Shown here one piece after another: positions 8,110 through 17,288 of a stretch of 32,000 bases of DNA (its first letter is position 1; each line of letters begins with the position of its first letter). A model generated the notes under the pieces. The model was not told the origin of the DNA, searched no databases, and saw nothing but the letters and a program-made list of their open reading frames with translations. The position numbers and the translations under genes were made by a program. Source of the stretch: Moraxella nasovis (GTDB taxonomy: Bacteria > Pseudomonadota > Gammaproteobacteria > Pseudomonadales > Moraxellaceae); assembly GCF_022701215.1 (NCBI RefSeq), contig NZ_CP089976.1, positions 1-32,000 of the forward strand. Reading direction: 5' to 3'.

Positions 8110-10503
8110 CCACCATGCCCCACCCAAACCCCCCTTACCACAGCACTCACTACAGCTTTACTGTTAAGCTGCGGTGCTGCATGGGCGAATGGGTCTTTGA
8201 TTGTTGGTGGCACCACTCCAAACGCCAACCACCTGCAAGTCACCCATCAATCAGGCATCCAAGCCAATACATCAACACTCACCGTAGACGGCAAAGGTAT
8301 CTTTACAGGTGGTTATCTGCTTACCACAGATGAACAAGGCAACCAAACTAACTTTAAAGGTGGCATTATCACCCAAGATATGCAAAACCACCTTACCTAT
8401 GACGGCAGTGCAAATAGCATCGGCATCGCAGTCAGTGGCAAAGGCATCTCACCAACAAGCCTAGGCTATGGTATAATAGACCCCACTCATCAAACCAGCA
8501 CTACCTACTCTGCTGTAACAGGACAAGCAGGGCAGGCTCATGCCACCATCAAAGACAAAGACAGTCTTAATCAAACGCTACAAAACAGCTTTGATGAACA
8601 AGCATTTAATAGGGAGCTTGGGCTACAAACTCAAATCAGTACAGAGTTTGGTAGGCAAGCTCCGAGGGTGGTGGCACAGTTTAGTCAAAACCAAATCAAT
8701 AATATCCTAGAGCAACTTAATGACCCTAATTTAAGTCAAGATCAAGCAGAACAAATTCTTGATGAAGCCAAAAAATGGGATGAGGGTGGGATTTATAGTG
8801 TGGCACTGCATACTGCTATGGGTGCATTGGGTACAGGCTCTACTGAGGGAGCATTAGCAACAGGAACTGTAGCAACAATCGCTCCTAACATCCAAAAATT
8901 AGAAGATTATTTAACAAAACAACTGACCAAAGACAGCTCAAAAGAACAAGCAGACAAAGCCAGACAAACCGCCAAAGGCTTAATTTCTTTTGTCATGCTT
9001 GCCACAGGTCAAACAGCAGGACTTGACCCATCTAGTACCATGATGGCAACGAATGTGGAGATGAATAATCGGCAGTTGCATGGGCAAGAAAAGCAACTCG
9101 CCAGAGTTTTAGTTCAAAAAGCCAAACAAAAAGGGTTAAAAAGATCTGATGGTCAGTCTTATACACTTCAAGACATTGAAGATGCCTTACGCTGGGCAAA
9201 TAGCGGTAAGTATAAAGAGCGTTATGACAGTAATTCAAATGTAGCTATAAACAAATACAATGTGGCAAATGCCAACAAATTACTTTATGACAATGCCATA
9301 GGTGATGATTATAAAAAAGATGGGAAAAGATTGTGGAAAAGTTACTCTCAAGATGGTGTAACTGTCATGCGTCAGAACTTTAATAATATTAAAAAACCTG
9401 ACACAGAACTTATCAACCTTATCCAAAAACAAACCCCAAGTTATCAGTACACTTGGAACAAAGAACACATCAAAGGTTATCAAGCACCACCGAAAATCAC
9501 AACGCCCAGAAAAGTAGTTAAGGCACCAATTTATCCGCAGAGTGCTATGGATAGAAAAAATGCGACTATTAAGAGAAGTGGGGTTGATTTAAGTAGTTCT
9601 GCTAACATACAGGCAAAGTCTGATAAGATAATGAATGAAAAAGTCATGCCTGTTGTGCAAGTTGGAATTGGTGCTACCGAAGTGGTTGCAGGTAGTGCAA
9701 TGTGTACTACTGCATTAGGCTGTACAGCTGGCGTTGCCTTAATTACTAATGGTGTAGACAACGTAGCAACAGGTGGTTATAATTATGGCAAATCATTTAG
9801 CCAACAAACAAACTCAGTAGCACTTACCAAAGGGGTAGGGCTGTCTGAAAATACTGCTGCTAATGTTAAATTAGGGGTGGATTTGGCTTCGGGAGTTGGA
9901 GCGGGTAAAGCTGTTACTAAGACAGTTGGCAAAAGTACAGTAAGCAAAGTAGATGTTTCTAATAACCAAAGATTGCCTGATGTGTATGGTGATGGGGATT
10001 TGGGTAGTGTATTGGATGTGCCACCATATACTATAAGACAAGATAATAATTTTTATTCTGAAATTAATGAAAGAGGAAATCCTAAAGCTTATCTTGACAA
10101 AAATGGAAATCTCGTTCCAGCAAATGTAAATGGTAGGGGAACTATACAAACACATATTAGAGGTAGTAACCCTAGTGAAACACCTTATATATCTACAATT
10201 GATCCAAGCATTGTAGTTTCACCTAAAAAATATGCTAAACAACAAATTATAATTGATACTCAAAATTTACAAAAGGATATAGATAATGGTGTTGTTAAAG
10301 ATATTGAAATTGTTACCCCAAAGCAAATTATTTCTGAGTTGCAAGATAAAATAAATAAGGCACAAAATAGATATGATAAGAACCCATCTAATAAGAATCG
10401 CAATAGCCTAGATAGGGCAAAATCTGATTTAAAAAATGCGATGAGAGATGGAGAGTGTCTAATTAAAGGTATCGTCCCTTGTAATTATATTAAAAAAAAG
10501 TAA
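8110..10503 (+). CDS. cdiA: orphan CdiA C-terminal fragment (FHA-repeat end, pre-toxin region, VEMNN, about 477-aa C-terminal region with unassigned toxin domain)
   Basis: Frame 1 is open from 8110, with the first start-like codon a TTG at 8197. Reads FGRQAPRVVAQF and GIYSVALHTAMGALGTGSTEGALATG. The VENN variant NVEMNN is at 9052-9069. A Gly/Ala-rich hydrophobic segment follows (VVQVGIGATEVVAGSAMCTTALGCTAGVALITNG). The terminal domain reads ..GTIQTHIRGSNPSETPYISTIDPS..ECLIKGIVP. Confidence 0.75.
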   Translation, partial: PPCPTQTPLTTALTTALLLSCGAAWANGSLIVGGTTPNANHLQVTHQSGIQANTSTLTVDGKGIFTGGYLLTTDEQGNQTNFKGGIITQDMQNHLTYDGSANSIGIAVSGKGISPTSLGYGIIDPTHQTSTTYSAVTGQAGQAHATIKDKDSLNQTLQNSFDEQAFNRELGLQTQISTEFGRQAPRVVAQFSQNQINNILEQLNDPNLSQDQAEQILDEAKKWDEGGIYSVALHTAMGALGTGSTEGALATGTVATIAPNIQKLEDYLTKQLTKDSSKEQADKARQTAKGLISFVMLATGQTAGLDPSSTMMATNVEMNNRQLHGQEKQLARVLVQKAKQKGLKRSDGQSYTLQDIEDALRWANSGKYKERYDSNSNVAINKYNVANANKLLYDNAIGDDYKKDGKRLWKSYSQDGVTVMRQNFNNIKKPDTELINLIQKQTPSYQYTWNKEHIKGYQAPPKITTPRKVVKAPIYPQSAMDRKNATIKRSGVDLSSSANIQAKSDKIMNEKVMPVVQVGIGATEVVAGSAMCTTALGCTAGVALITNGVDNVATGGYNYGKSFSQQTNSVALTKGVGLSENTAANVKLGVDLASGVGAGKAVTKTVGKSTVSKVDVSNNQRLPDVYGDGDLGSVLDVPPYTIRQDNNFYSEINERGNPKAYLDKNGNLVPANVNGRGTIQTHIRGSNPSETPYISTIDPSIVVSPKKYAKQQIIIDTQNLQKDIDNGVVKDIEIVTPKQIISELQDKINKAQNRYDKNPSNKNRNSLDRAKSDLKNAMRDGECLIKGIVPCNYIKKK

Positions 10504-10513
10504 GGTTTTTTTT

Positions 10514-11143
10514 ATGAGCTCAAAAGAAATTGATGATTTATTATATGGCATACCAACCACAGTGGACTACACTGATCTGCCAGAGGAGTTAGATGAAGAG
10601 GACATTCCATCAGAAAGAATCGATGGTTTATTAAATATAATAAATAAAGAGATGGATATTTATTTATTATTCAGAGCATCTTTCCTTTTAAACTCTTGGG
10701 GTATTGATGAGGGTTTTAATAAAATGACGGAGCTTTTATTTAGTGATAAAATTTCTTATTTGATAATAAATAATTTAAAATCATTAGATGATACATATAA
10801 GCATGCTTTATCGTCTTATATTAGTTATTGGGCAGTAAATTCCGATCATGGAAATGGTGAAAAAGCGAGAAAAAAAATATATCAACCAATAAAGATTATT
10901 ATTGACAAGGCTAACATTCAGCCATTTCAAATAAATTCTTTATTTTGGGTGATTAAGAAAGAAGGATTTTATGAATATATTCCTTTATTAAAGCAACATT
11001 TAACAAAATTGTTAAGATACCACATGAATATGTATTGGGAAATACATGACTTATCAAAATTTTTATTGGATTTAGGATTTTCTGAATTTATTAATAAAAT
11101 TTTTTACCAAAATAATAAGGGGCTATCTGATTATGGTTTATAA
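10514..11143 (+). CDS. immunity-like protein for the preceding CdiA-CT (unassigned family)
   Basis: 209-aa very AT-rich ORF that starts 10 bp after the toxin stop. Acidic N-terminus. No recognised motif. Confidence 0.45.
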   Translation: MSSKEIDDLLYGIPTTVDYTDLPEELDEEDIPSERIDGLLNIINKEMDIYLLFRASFLLNSWGIDEGFNKMTELLFSDKISYLIINNLKSLDDTYKHALSSYISYWAVNSDHGNGEKARKKIYQPIKIIIDKANIQPFQINSLFWVIKKEGFYEYIPLLKQHLTKLLRYHMNMYWEIHDLSKFLLDLGFSEFINKIFYQNNKGLSDYGL

Positions 11144-11497
11144 GTATATTTAAAACAAGGCAAAGTAAATAAATATGGTGGCACTAGTAGTTATTCATTT
11201 TTTAGAACTCTTTGATGTATCCACAGATAGTAGGGCTTTATCTCCATAAACCAGTTTGAGTATCAAAGATAAATATACTTTACATTATTAATATCCTACA
11301 CCGCCTTTTCCAACATAAATCAAGGCAAAAAAAACAAGACGGTAATTTATTAAAATGTATCAAAAAAAAAAATTGGAGATAGTAATGACCAAATATGTAC
11401 ACATTAAGAGATTTTCTTCCTGATTTGGTACAGTGCAAGAAGATGATTTACTCTACTTCTTATCAGAAGAAGATTATGACACCTATTATAATTGTGA

Positions 11498-11962
11498 TTT
11501 AAAAACCACCACCAAACAAAATCAGGCTTCATCAAAGGCAGTGGGGTAAGTATTACCATCGGTTCTCAAACAACCGACAACCAAAACAGCACCATTGGCA
11601 CCAATGATGGCAATGTGGTTTTGAGTGCAGGGGGTGATTATCGGCAAATAGGCAGTCATGTCAGTGCTTATATGGGGTCTGATACAGGCAAAGGGATAAA
11701 AGATAAAAAGCGTGGCAATGTCATCATTGATGCCAAAAATATTGATGTCATCAACAATATAACGACAAAAGACACCACCGAAAGCACTTACTTTAAACAA
11801 AAAGGGCTTACTGTCAGTGCTTCTAATAGCTTGGTAGATGGTGCCAAAGGCGTACAAAACATGGTAGAAGCTGGCAAGGAGGTGCAATCAGACAGGGCTC
11901 GTGCCATGGCCGCTCTAAGTGCTGTCAGCAAAGTCCTTTGCTTTTTTAAATTGTTTGCGTGA
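11498..11962 (+). pseudogene. cdiA: internal cdiA/fhaB-type fragment, truncated at both ends
   Basis: GFIKGSGVSITIGSQTTDNQNSTIGTNDGNVVLSAGGDYRQIGSHVSAY..GNVIIDAKNIDVINN..KQKGLTVSASNSLVDGAKG is typical FHA-2 repeat sequence. No start codon. Similarity is lost near 11935-11945, where - strand island sequence begins. Confidence 0.7.
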
Positions 11963-12121
11963 TTTAGCATGAGTTTTATTGATGGCTTGAATGGTTTGAG
12001 AATGTAAACCAAGTAATTCACCACTGCCTTTGGTGTAAATAGCTACTAACATCAACTAAGCTTACAGGCAGTAAACTGAAGCTCTCTGTGATGCTGGGTG
12101 GTGTGTTAGGCTTACACATTG

Positions 12122-12166
12122 CACTAAAAATTAAGAACCGCTAAATTTTTGATAATTTAGTGGCTC
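12122..12166 (-). terminator. terminator-like hairpin downstream of the GNAT pseudogene
   Basis: Stem gaaccgctaaat / atttagtggctc (9 of 11 paired) with an 8-nt loop. A T-rich tract follows on the - strand. Confidence 0.4.
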
Positions 12167-12194
12167 TTTGGGATTTGATAACAGGTTTATTAAA

Positions 12195-12711
12195 TCAAGT
12201 GCTTGGGATGTCTTTAATGGCGTAACACAAGCGCTTGGGGTAGTTTGATAGCTCTGTGAAGCCGTATTTTTCATAAAAGCGTTGAGCGTTTTCATCTTTT
12301 GCGCCTCATCATTTCTGATAGTCGTTTGGCGGTTTGCATAGCATGTAAAAGTAAATCAGCACCCAATCCTTGCCCTTTGCATGCTTTATCAACTGCAAGC
12401 CTTCCAAGTAGTACGCACAGAATAGGGCTGTGGGGGCTTTGACGTTTCAATCTCTCACTATCATCGCGTTGTATGATATGGCACGCTGATAAGGTGTAAA
12501 AACCTGTCAGGCGGTTATTGTCTATTGCGCCATAAATAACCGTTTCATGACGTTTTAAAAGTTGGCTCGCCTGCTGTTTGATAAAACGATTTAATGGTAG
12601 GACACCGCAATCAAAAGTTGTCTTATCGTGGTTTCGGGTGAGCTTAGTTATCAACACGCACAAAACCCCTAATTGTGTACAATTATAAGAAATACGACAA
12701 ACAAAGTCCAA
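12195..12711 (-). pseudogene. TacT-like GNAT acetyltransferase toxin, degraded
   Basis: HDKTTFDCGVLPLNRFIKQQASQ..GFYTLSACHI..LGRLAVDKACKGQGLGADLL, then the frame is lost. The expected C-terminus GAKDENAQRFYEKYGFTELSNY lies in another frame and several residues appear deleted. Only a garbled DUF1778-like remnant is visible upstream (12720-12880). Confidence 0.6.
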
Positions 12712-12886
12712 TGATTGTTTAAAAGTAAAACTGCTTGTAATAGTAAATTGACGAAGGATTCAACAAAAAAAATCTAGCATAAGAAAGTGTCGTTGGACTA
12801 ATCGGTTTGATGTTTTTTGTCTTGCGCCTTCTTGGCGAACTATTCGGAAATTCCGAGTAGTTAAGCTCATTTATTATCAACAATTT

Positions 12887-13255
12887 TCAACATACCATTG
12901 CTCGCATAGCTCTTCGGCTTGATCCACCAACTCCTGTAGAATGCCATTAGCATCGAGTCCCGCTTCATCCAAAAACCCCCAGGCTTTACCACTTTGTTCT
13001 TCTGCACCAAAGCGACTGGCAAAAGTCATATCAAAACCATTGTATGCTTATGTTATTTTCGCGGTCATCATTTTGCAGTTCAATATAGAATTGCTTGGTT
13101 TTGCTACCATCATTGATTGCGACATCAAAATAGACACAAAAGCCGTCCACTCCTATCTTTGTGGGATAGTTACAGCCTTGGCCATAGATTTCTACGACTT
13201 CTGCTAAGGTGTCTACGATATTGGTAGAAAGTATTTTAAGGGGTTTGTGTGCCAT
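12887..13255 (-). pseudogene. small acidic hypothetical protein, frame broken near 13030-13045
   Basis: MAHKPLKILSTNIVDTLAEVVEIYGQG.. continues in another frame as AYNGFDMTFASRFGAEEQSGKAWGFLDEAGLDANGILQELVDQAEELCEQWY. No family recognised. Confidence 0.35.
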
Positions 13256-13311
13256 TCTTGGTCTCTGATGTTTTTACATGCTATTAAGTATAGGGGTTGT
13301 TGTTTGAGTCT

Positions 13312-14266
13312 TTAAATCTCAAAACATTCGCTAATTTGCGATAGTTTTGAGACAAAAAGGTCATCTAGATGGTCAGATAATGCTTGATGGAATTCATCTA
13401 AATTAAACCAATCTTCAAGTTTTGATATATTGGGCAATACGTCCCAATTAGGGCGGTATTCTGCTATTATGTGTGAGCGATGTTCATCTAATAGCTCTCT
13501 GACATTATCGCCTGGTTTTAAATCATTGACAAACTGCACCGCTGCTATGGCAATCAAGTCATAAATTTGCTGGGAATTATCAAGTACATATTTTGCAACA
13601 CGTTGCTTGGTGTTGAGCTCATATGTATCAACAAAATGCTTGATTTTTTTCAGCATTGTCATGAACAATATTGCAAAAATCATCATCAAGCCATACGCAG
13701 TTCTGCCAATTTAGGTCTTTAATAAGAACTGCAATGTCAAAATCATCACTTTGTAATTCCAAAGTATCCACAATCAACTGTTTTAGTAGGGGGTGTGACT
13801 CTTTTGCCGCATCTACTGCCATTTCAACAAAACCCAATTCATTTAAATTTTTGGCGGTGTAAGGTAATTCTGCATTTATGTATAGTTCAAAGAAAGGCTC
13901 TTGTTTTTTGTAACCAAGTTTAACCGTCTGTCTAACAAGAAATTGCAAGCCTGGCTCATAGTCATGATAAGCAAGTTCCATGTCCCAATCATATTTTTTA
14001 AGCTCATCGGTAAACTCATCATCAAGACCACCAGTAAGAAAGTCTCGTAATGTGGCACTCATACACCACCGACCAAAGCCGACAAAAGGATAGCTTATTC
14101 CGTCTTGGAGACCGTCTTTGAACTGTGATTTTTCAACCCAAAAACCATAAATGAAAGAATGTTGGTTTTCATCTAACCAAGTAAAAACTTTGGTTAGAGT
14201 TTCAAGAATTTGGGGGTTTTGTGTGGTTATGATTAAAGAACCATAAGCGTCGCTGATATTAGCCAT
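13312..14266 (-). CDS. acidic hypothetical protein (about 318 aa if the T7-run frameshift at 13644-13650 is corrected)
   Basis: ORFs 13628-14266 and 13312-13689 overlap at a homopolymer. One base change joins ..NIVHDNAEK to IKHFVDTYELN. RBS aggag precedes the ATG at 14266. The conserved leader lies upstream. Confidence 0.5.
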
Positions 14267-14370
14267 TTGTTATCTCCTGTTTAACGTTGATTAGATATAT
14301 ATAGAATAAAACAAGAGAAGAATAAACAAAAAGCAATAATATCTAACATAACCTAACAGCCGTTAGGCTA
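14267..14370 (-). promoter_or_regulatory. conserved leader, copy 1 (GCCTAACGG, pyrimidine-rich tract, TATATATCTAAT, RBS)
   Basis: The - strand reads TTAGCCTAACGGCTG..TTGCTTTTTGTTTATTCTTCTCTTGTTTTATTCTATATATATCTAATCAACG..AGGAG..ATG. The same architecture occurs at 19146-19251 and 20706-20838. Confidence 0.55.
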
Positions 14371-14406
14371 AGTAAATTATCATTCACGCCCGCATTCAGC
14401 TTTGTT

Positions 14407-14434
14407 AAAATCATCGTTACTTAGTAACGATTTT
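14407..14434 (-). terminator. hairpin with flanking A/T runs (bidirectional terminator-like)
   Basis: atcgttac tta gtaacgat (8-bp stem) flanked by aaaa and tttt, downstream of vapC. Confidence 0.4.
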
Positions 14435-14469
14435 AATATCTGTGCTGCCAAGCCTTCGCTGACAGTCTA

Positions 14470-14526
14470 GGCGGTGGGTGTGGCTTGCTTCTTATCTAAT
14501 CAACCGCCCAAGCCACAAGGAGTAAT
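14470..14526. repeat. 55-60-bp hairpin element, copy 1
   Basis: ggcggtgggtgtggcttgcttcTTATCTAATCAACCGCCCAAGCCACAAGGagtaatc, with stem gtggcttg/caagccac. It abuts the vapC stop. Confidence 0.8.
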
Positions 14527-14930
14527 CAGTTTTCTGTTCCAGATACCCAGTTCTCCACAGCCAAATCAAAACCTTCAAAATCTCGTTCGTTATTAGTAAC
14601 CAGCGTAAGATTTTGGCTGATAGCATGGCTGGCAATGAGCGTATCAAAACTAGCCTTGTGTTTTTTGCTTTGCATTATTTTACCAAAAATAACCGCCGCC
14701 TTGTCATCAAAGGGCAAAATAGTTATCATGCTTTGTAAGCGGTCAAAGATGGATTGTGATTGATGGATATTTAGTCCACGTTGCAACTCTGCCCATGTGA
14801 TTGCACTTATGGCGACTTCACCAACAAAACAACGGCTAAAATGCTCAACCACTGATGGCGGGGTATGTTTCATTAAATAAATGCATATGTTGGTGTCAAG
14901 CAAATACTTAGGTTGTATTACCATTGGCAC
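14526..14930 (-). CDS. vapC: PIN-domain toxin VapC
   Basis: KYLLDTNICIYLMK.. N-terminal PIN motif, later ..TLVTNNERDF. Overlaps the vapB stop. Confidence 0.85.
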   Translation of the reverse strand: MPMVIQPKYLLDTNICIYLMKHTPPSVVEHFSRCFVGEVAISAITWAELQRGLNIHQSQSIFDRLQSMITILPFDDKAAVIFGKIMQSKKHKASFDTLIASHAISQNLTLVTNNERDFEGFDLAVENWVSGTEN

Positions 14931-15136
14931 TCATTCTCCACAAGTTCGGCACGCTCAATATCTGCACCGATTTGACGGAGTAAGTGGGGCACTTCGCCCA
15001 AAGTTTTAACCGGTTCAATGATGACACAGCCATTCTCTTTGCGTAGAGAGACAGGGGTGTTTGCTCCAAAAGCCAGTGCTTTTGGTAAACGTACCGCTTG
15101 GCTGTTGCCAGAGACAAAAGGGATGGTAACAATCAT
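14918..15136 (-). CDS. vapB: AbrB/SpoVT-type antitoxin VapB
   Basis: FVSGNSQAVRLPKALAF is a typical SpoVT-AbrB antitoxin N-terminus. 72 aa, directly upstream of vapC. Confidence 0.8.
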   Translation of the reverse strand: MIVTIPFVSGNSQAVRLPKALAFGANTPVSLRKENGCVIIEPVKTLGEVPHLLRQIGADIERAELVENECQW

Positions 15137-15164
15137 TGTTAAGCTCCAAACTATGTATATCTTT

Positions 15165-15193
15165 AAGTATATACATAAAGATATACAAAGTCA
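15165..15193 (-). promoter_or_regulatory. vapBC-1 sigma70-like promoter overlapping a palindromic operator
   Basis: The - strand reads TTGACT-N17-TATACT. The inverted repeat gtatatcttta..taaagatatac spans the spacer and the -10 element, about 25 nt upstream of the vapB ATG. Confidence 0.6.
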
Positions 15194-15497
15194 ATGATTT
15201 TGCAATTTCACCACAAAAACCAGACTAGCTTTGTGAAGAACGGTAATTATTCATGGCGGAGGTAAATGCACTCTCAATCTCAGAAAAAAGCCATGTAGTC
15301 AAATGCACAACCGCAGATGGCTTCAATTGCAATGACCGTTAGGCTTACCACTATACAAATAATCAGCTTGCATTTCTAATCTATGTTATATTTTTTAATA
15401 ACTTTTGATTATTGTTTTTCGTTGTTTACTAATAGTTGAGTTATCAAACTTTTACTTGATAACTCAAAAAACCACTACATAAGCCATTAAAACTTAT

Positions 15498-15552
15498 GTG
15501 GTGGGGTGTGGCTTGGGTTTTTTATCTAATCAACCACCCAAGCCACGAGGGG
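15498..15552. repeat. 55-60-bp hairpin element, copy 2
   Basis: gtggtggggtgtggcttgggtttTTTATCTAATCAACCACCCAAGCCACGAGGgg, near-identical in core to copies 1 and 3. Confidence 0.8.
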
Positions 15553-15691
15553 TAGGCGTTTTGGTTTTAGGGTCTGTTGGAGTTTGTGTGCCATTGCCGA
15601 CACCATAATCATTAACCAATTCCGCAAAAATAGCAAAAGCAACATCGCTCATCATACGTTGTTCATAATCAAAACCATTTGGCACAGTGTT

Positions 15692-16153
15692 TCATGAAAT
15701 GGATTTATTGATGCCTATTACGAGACGATAAGGTTCATCGGTTGGCACAAAACCAAAGGTTTGATAATATTTCCAGGCTTTCATTTTTCGCATCGATTAC
15801 TACAAATGCCATACCGCTAAACAGAGAAAATTTTTTGATGCCTTTTAGGGCATCTGACAAGGCTTGTTTACTTAATCCTTTACCTTGATGATGAATATCT
15901 ACGCCAATACGACCAATTAAGATTGCTGGAATTTGCTTGGGATAGCCTTTAACTTTTCCAAATTCATTAAAAATGGTTATATTTGATAAAGTATAAAAGG
16001 CCAAATTTTATGATTGTCATCGACTAAAACATGAGTTCTAGCAATGCCTTTTTTGGCGTGTTGGCTTGCCATTGTGTGCAAATAGCGGTTAATGACTTCA
16101 TTGCCACAATCAAAATCCGCCTTGTCATGGTGCTTGCCCAATAGCTCAAACAT
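15692..16153 (-). pseudogene. TacT-like GNAT acetyltransferase toxin with two frame breaks
   Basis: MFELLGKHHDKADFDCGNEVINRYLHTMASQHAKKGIARTHVLVDD.. / ..AFYTLSNITI..IGRIGVDIHHQGKGLSKQAL.. / ..KAWKYYQTFGFVPTDEPYRL. The breaks lie near 16003-16009 and 15776-15790, both at short A/T runs. Confidence 0.7.
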
Positions 16154-16434
16154 TGATTTTCTCCCCTTTCATCATGCGTTCGCCTAATTCCAATAACTCA
16201 CGCATAAGGGGGGGTTGGAGATGGTGGGTTTTCTAGTAGCTCAATGATTTGTAAGGCTTGTTTTTCGGTCAATACTAAATTTGCACCGTCTGAATTTAAA
16301 CCGTGCTTATCCAGTTCTAGCCAAATATCATCGCTATTGGCCACACTTTGCAACAATTCATCGGTGGTAATGCCTTGTGCTTTGGCGGTCTCAATAATCG
16401 CTATGGCGGTTGCAGGTGGTAAATCTAAAATCAT
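16146..16434 (-). CDS. DUF1778 (TacA)-like antitoxin, frame broken at G7 run 16208-16214
   Basis: ILDLPPATAIAIIETAKAQGITTDELLQSV...LVLTEKQALQIIELLENPPSPTP. With one base change at the run the frame continues ..LMRELLELGERMMKGEKINV and ends in an ATGTTTGA overlap with the GNAT start. Confidence 0.6.
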
Positions 16435-16675
16435 CTATTTAATCTCCATTAATAATCAATCTTTAAAAGTTGTCATATTTTAAATGTTTGTTTTTCGCTA
16501 TAAGCCTTGCCATGTCTAGGGTGTGTCGGTTTTTTGTGATTTTGGTTTTGGGTTGGTTCTGTAAAGTTTTTTGGGTGTCGGATTTTTAAATCTTAGGGTA
16601 ATACCAGGGTGTTTACGCCTATGAAACAGACACATAAAAGCACCACAAGGGGGAATAACGGGCGTAAATGGGCAT

Positions 16676-16972
16676 TTATGCAATCAAAATTTGCTTATCA
16701 TTGATGGTAGAGGTAACGGTCAATTTACCGCCTAACGCTTCAACGTATTTGGCAAGCGTGGATAAATGCACATCAACACCATTTTCAATTTTGCTGATAT
16801 TAGCTTGTGATACGCCCATTTTGTCCGCCAGCTCCTTTTGTGATAAATGGGCGGTTTGTCTAAGCTGTGATAATTCATAGCTTTGTTTTAGGGTGCGGGC
16901 TTTGGTGTGTATTTTGGCTTGCTCATCTTTGGGTAGGCTTGCCAAAAAGGTTTGATGATTGGTAAAGCTCAT
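16676..16972 (-). CDS. XRE-family helix-turn-helix protein (antitoxin-like)
   Basis: LRQTAHLSQKELADKMGVSQANISKIENG is a canonical XRE HTH. Confidence 0.75.
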   Translation of the reverse strand: MSFTNHQTFLASLPKDEQAKIHTKARTLKQSYELSQLRQTAHLSQKELADKMGVSQANISKIENGVDVHLSTLAKYVEALGGKLTVTSTINDKQILIA

Positions 16973-17019
16973 TTTGTCAGCCCTTATTATCTTATGCCAT
17001 GACTTAACGCTCTGCGATT

Positions 17020-17283
17020 TTAGGCAAACGCCAAGCCCACTTCTTCCCCTAAATTAGCGTTAATATTTACTAATGCGTCAAGGCTAAATTTGCTAATCTT
17101 GCCCTGTAATAGGTCATTTAGGCGTGGTTGTGTGATACCGCATTCTTTTGCGATTTGGGCTTGTGTGCCGTCCATTTCGCTAATTAGCTTTTGAATATGG
17201 CTCATCAGCTGGGCCCTTAACTTTAAATTTGCACTTTGGCCGGGTGTGTCGCTTAGTGCGTCAAATACGCTGTTAAATTTCAT
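17020..17283 (-). CDS. XRE-family HTH antitoxin (HigA-like partner of the upstream Gp49-type toxin)
   Basis: GTQAQIAKECGITQPRLNDLLQGKISKFSLDALV. It starts 6 bp after the toxin stop. Confidence 0.7.
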   Translation of the reverse strand: MKFNSVFDALSDTPGQSANLKLRAQLMSHIQKLISEMDGTQAQIAKECGITQPRLNDLLQGKISKFSLDALVNINANLGEEVGLAFA

Positions 17284-17288
17284 CTTGA

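Noticed and set aside
8085-8333. 82-aa + strand ORF overlapping the start of the large CdiA fragment
   Set aside because: It is out of frame with and nested in the region where frame 1 carries recognisable FHA-type sequence. Its composition is Pro/His/Arg-rich, typical of an off-frame read.
11522-12024. - strand ORFs 11522-11887 and 11788-12024
   Set aside because: The first is antisense to clear FHA-repeat coding sequence. The second is an off-frame read across the junction. Neither has start or RBS support.
14340-14352. pdif/XerD-like half-site (atctaacataa against the recalled TTATGTTAAAT complement)
   Set aside because: The adjacent sequence does not resemble a XerC half-site at the required 6-bp spacing, and no paired sites flank the modules.
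14279-14368. A classical attC site (GTTTAAC ... GTTAGGC, 90 bp) and hence a bona fide integron cassette array
   Set aside because: Only this one junction offers an R''-like box. The other junctions lack it. The L-box pairing is asymmetric, and the would-be attC overlaps the RBS and leader of an oppositely oriented gene. No intI is in the window. It is kept as a hypothesis to test, not as an annotation.
16244-16483. + strand ORF antisense to the TacA-like antitoxin, and similar shadow ORFs (13671-13862, 16668-16880, 17913-18185, 18344-18541, 18961-19176)
   Set aside because: Each lies entirely within a - strand gene that carries recognisable family motifs.
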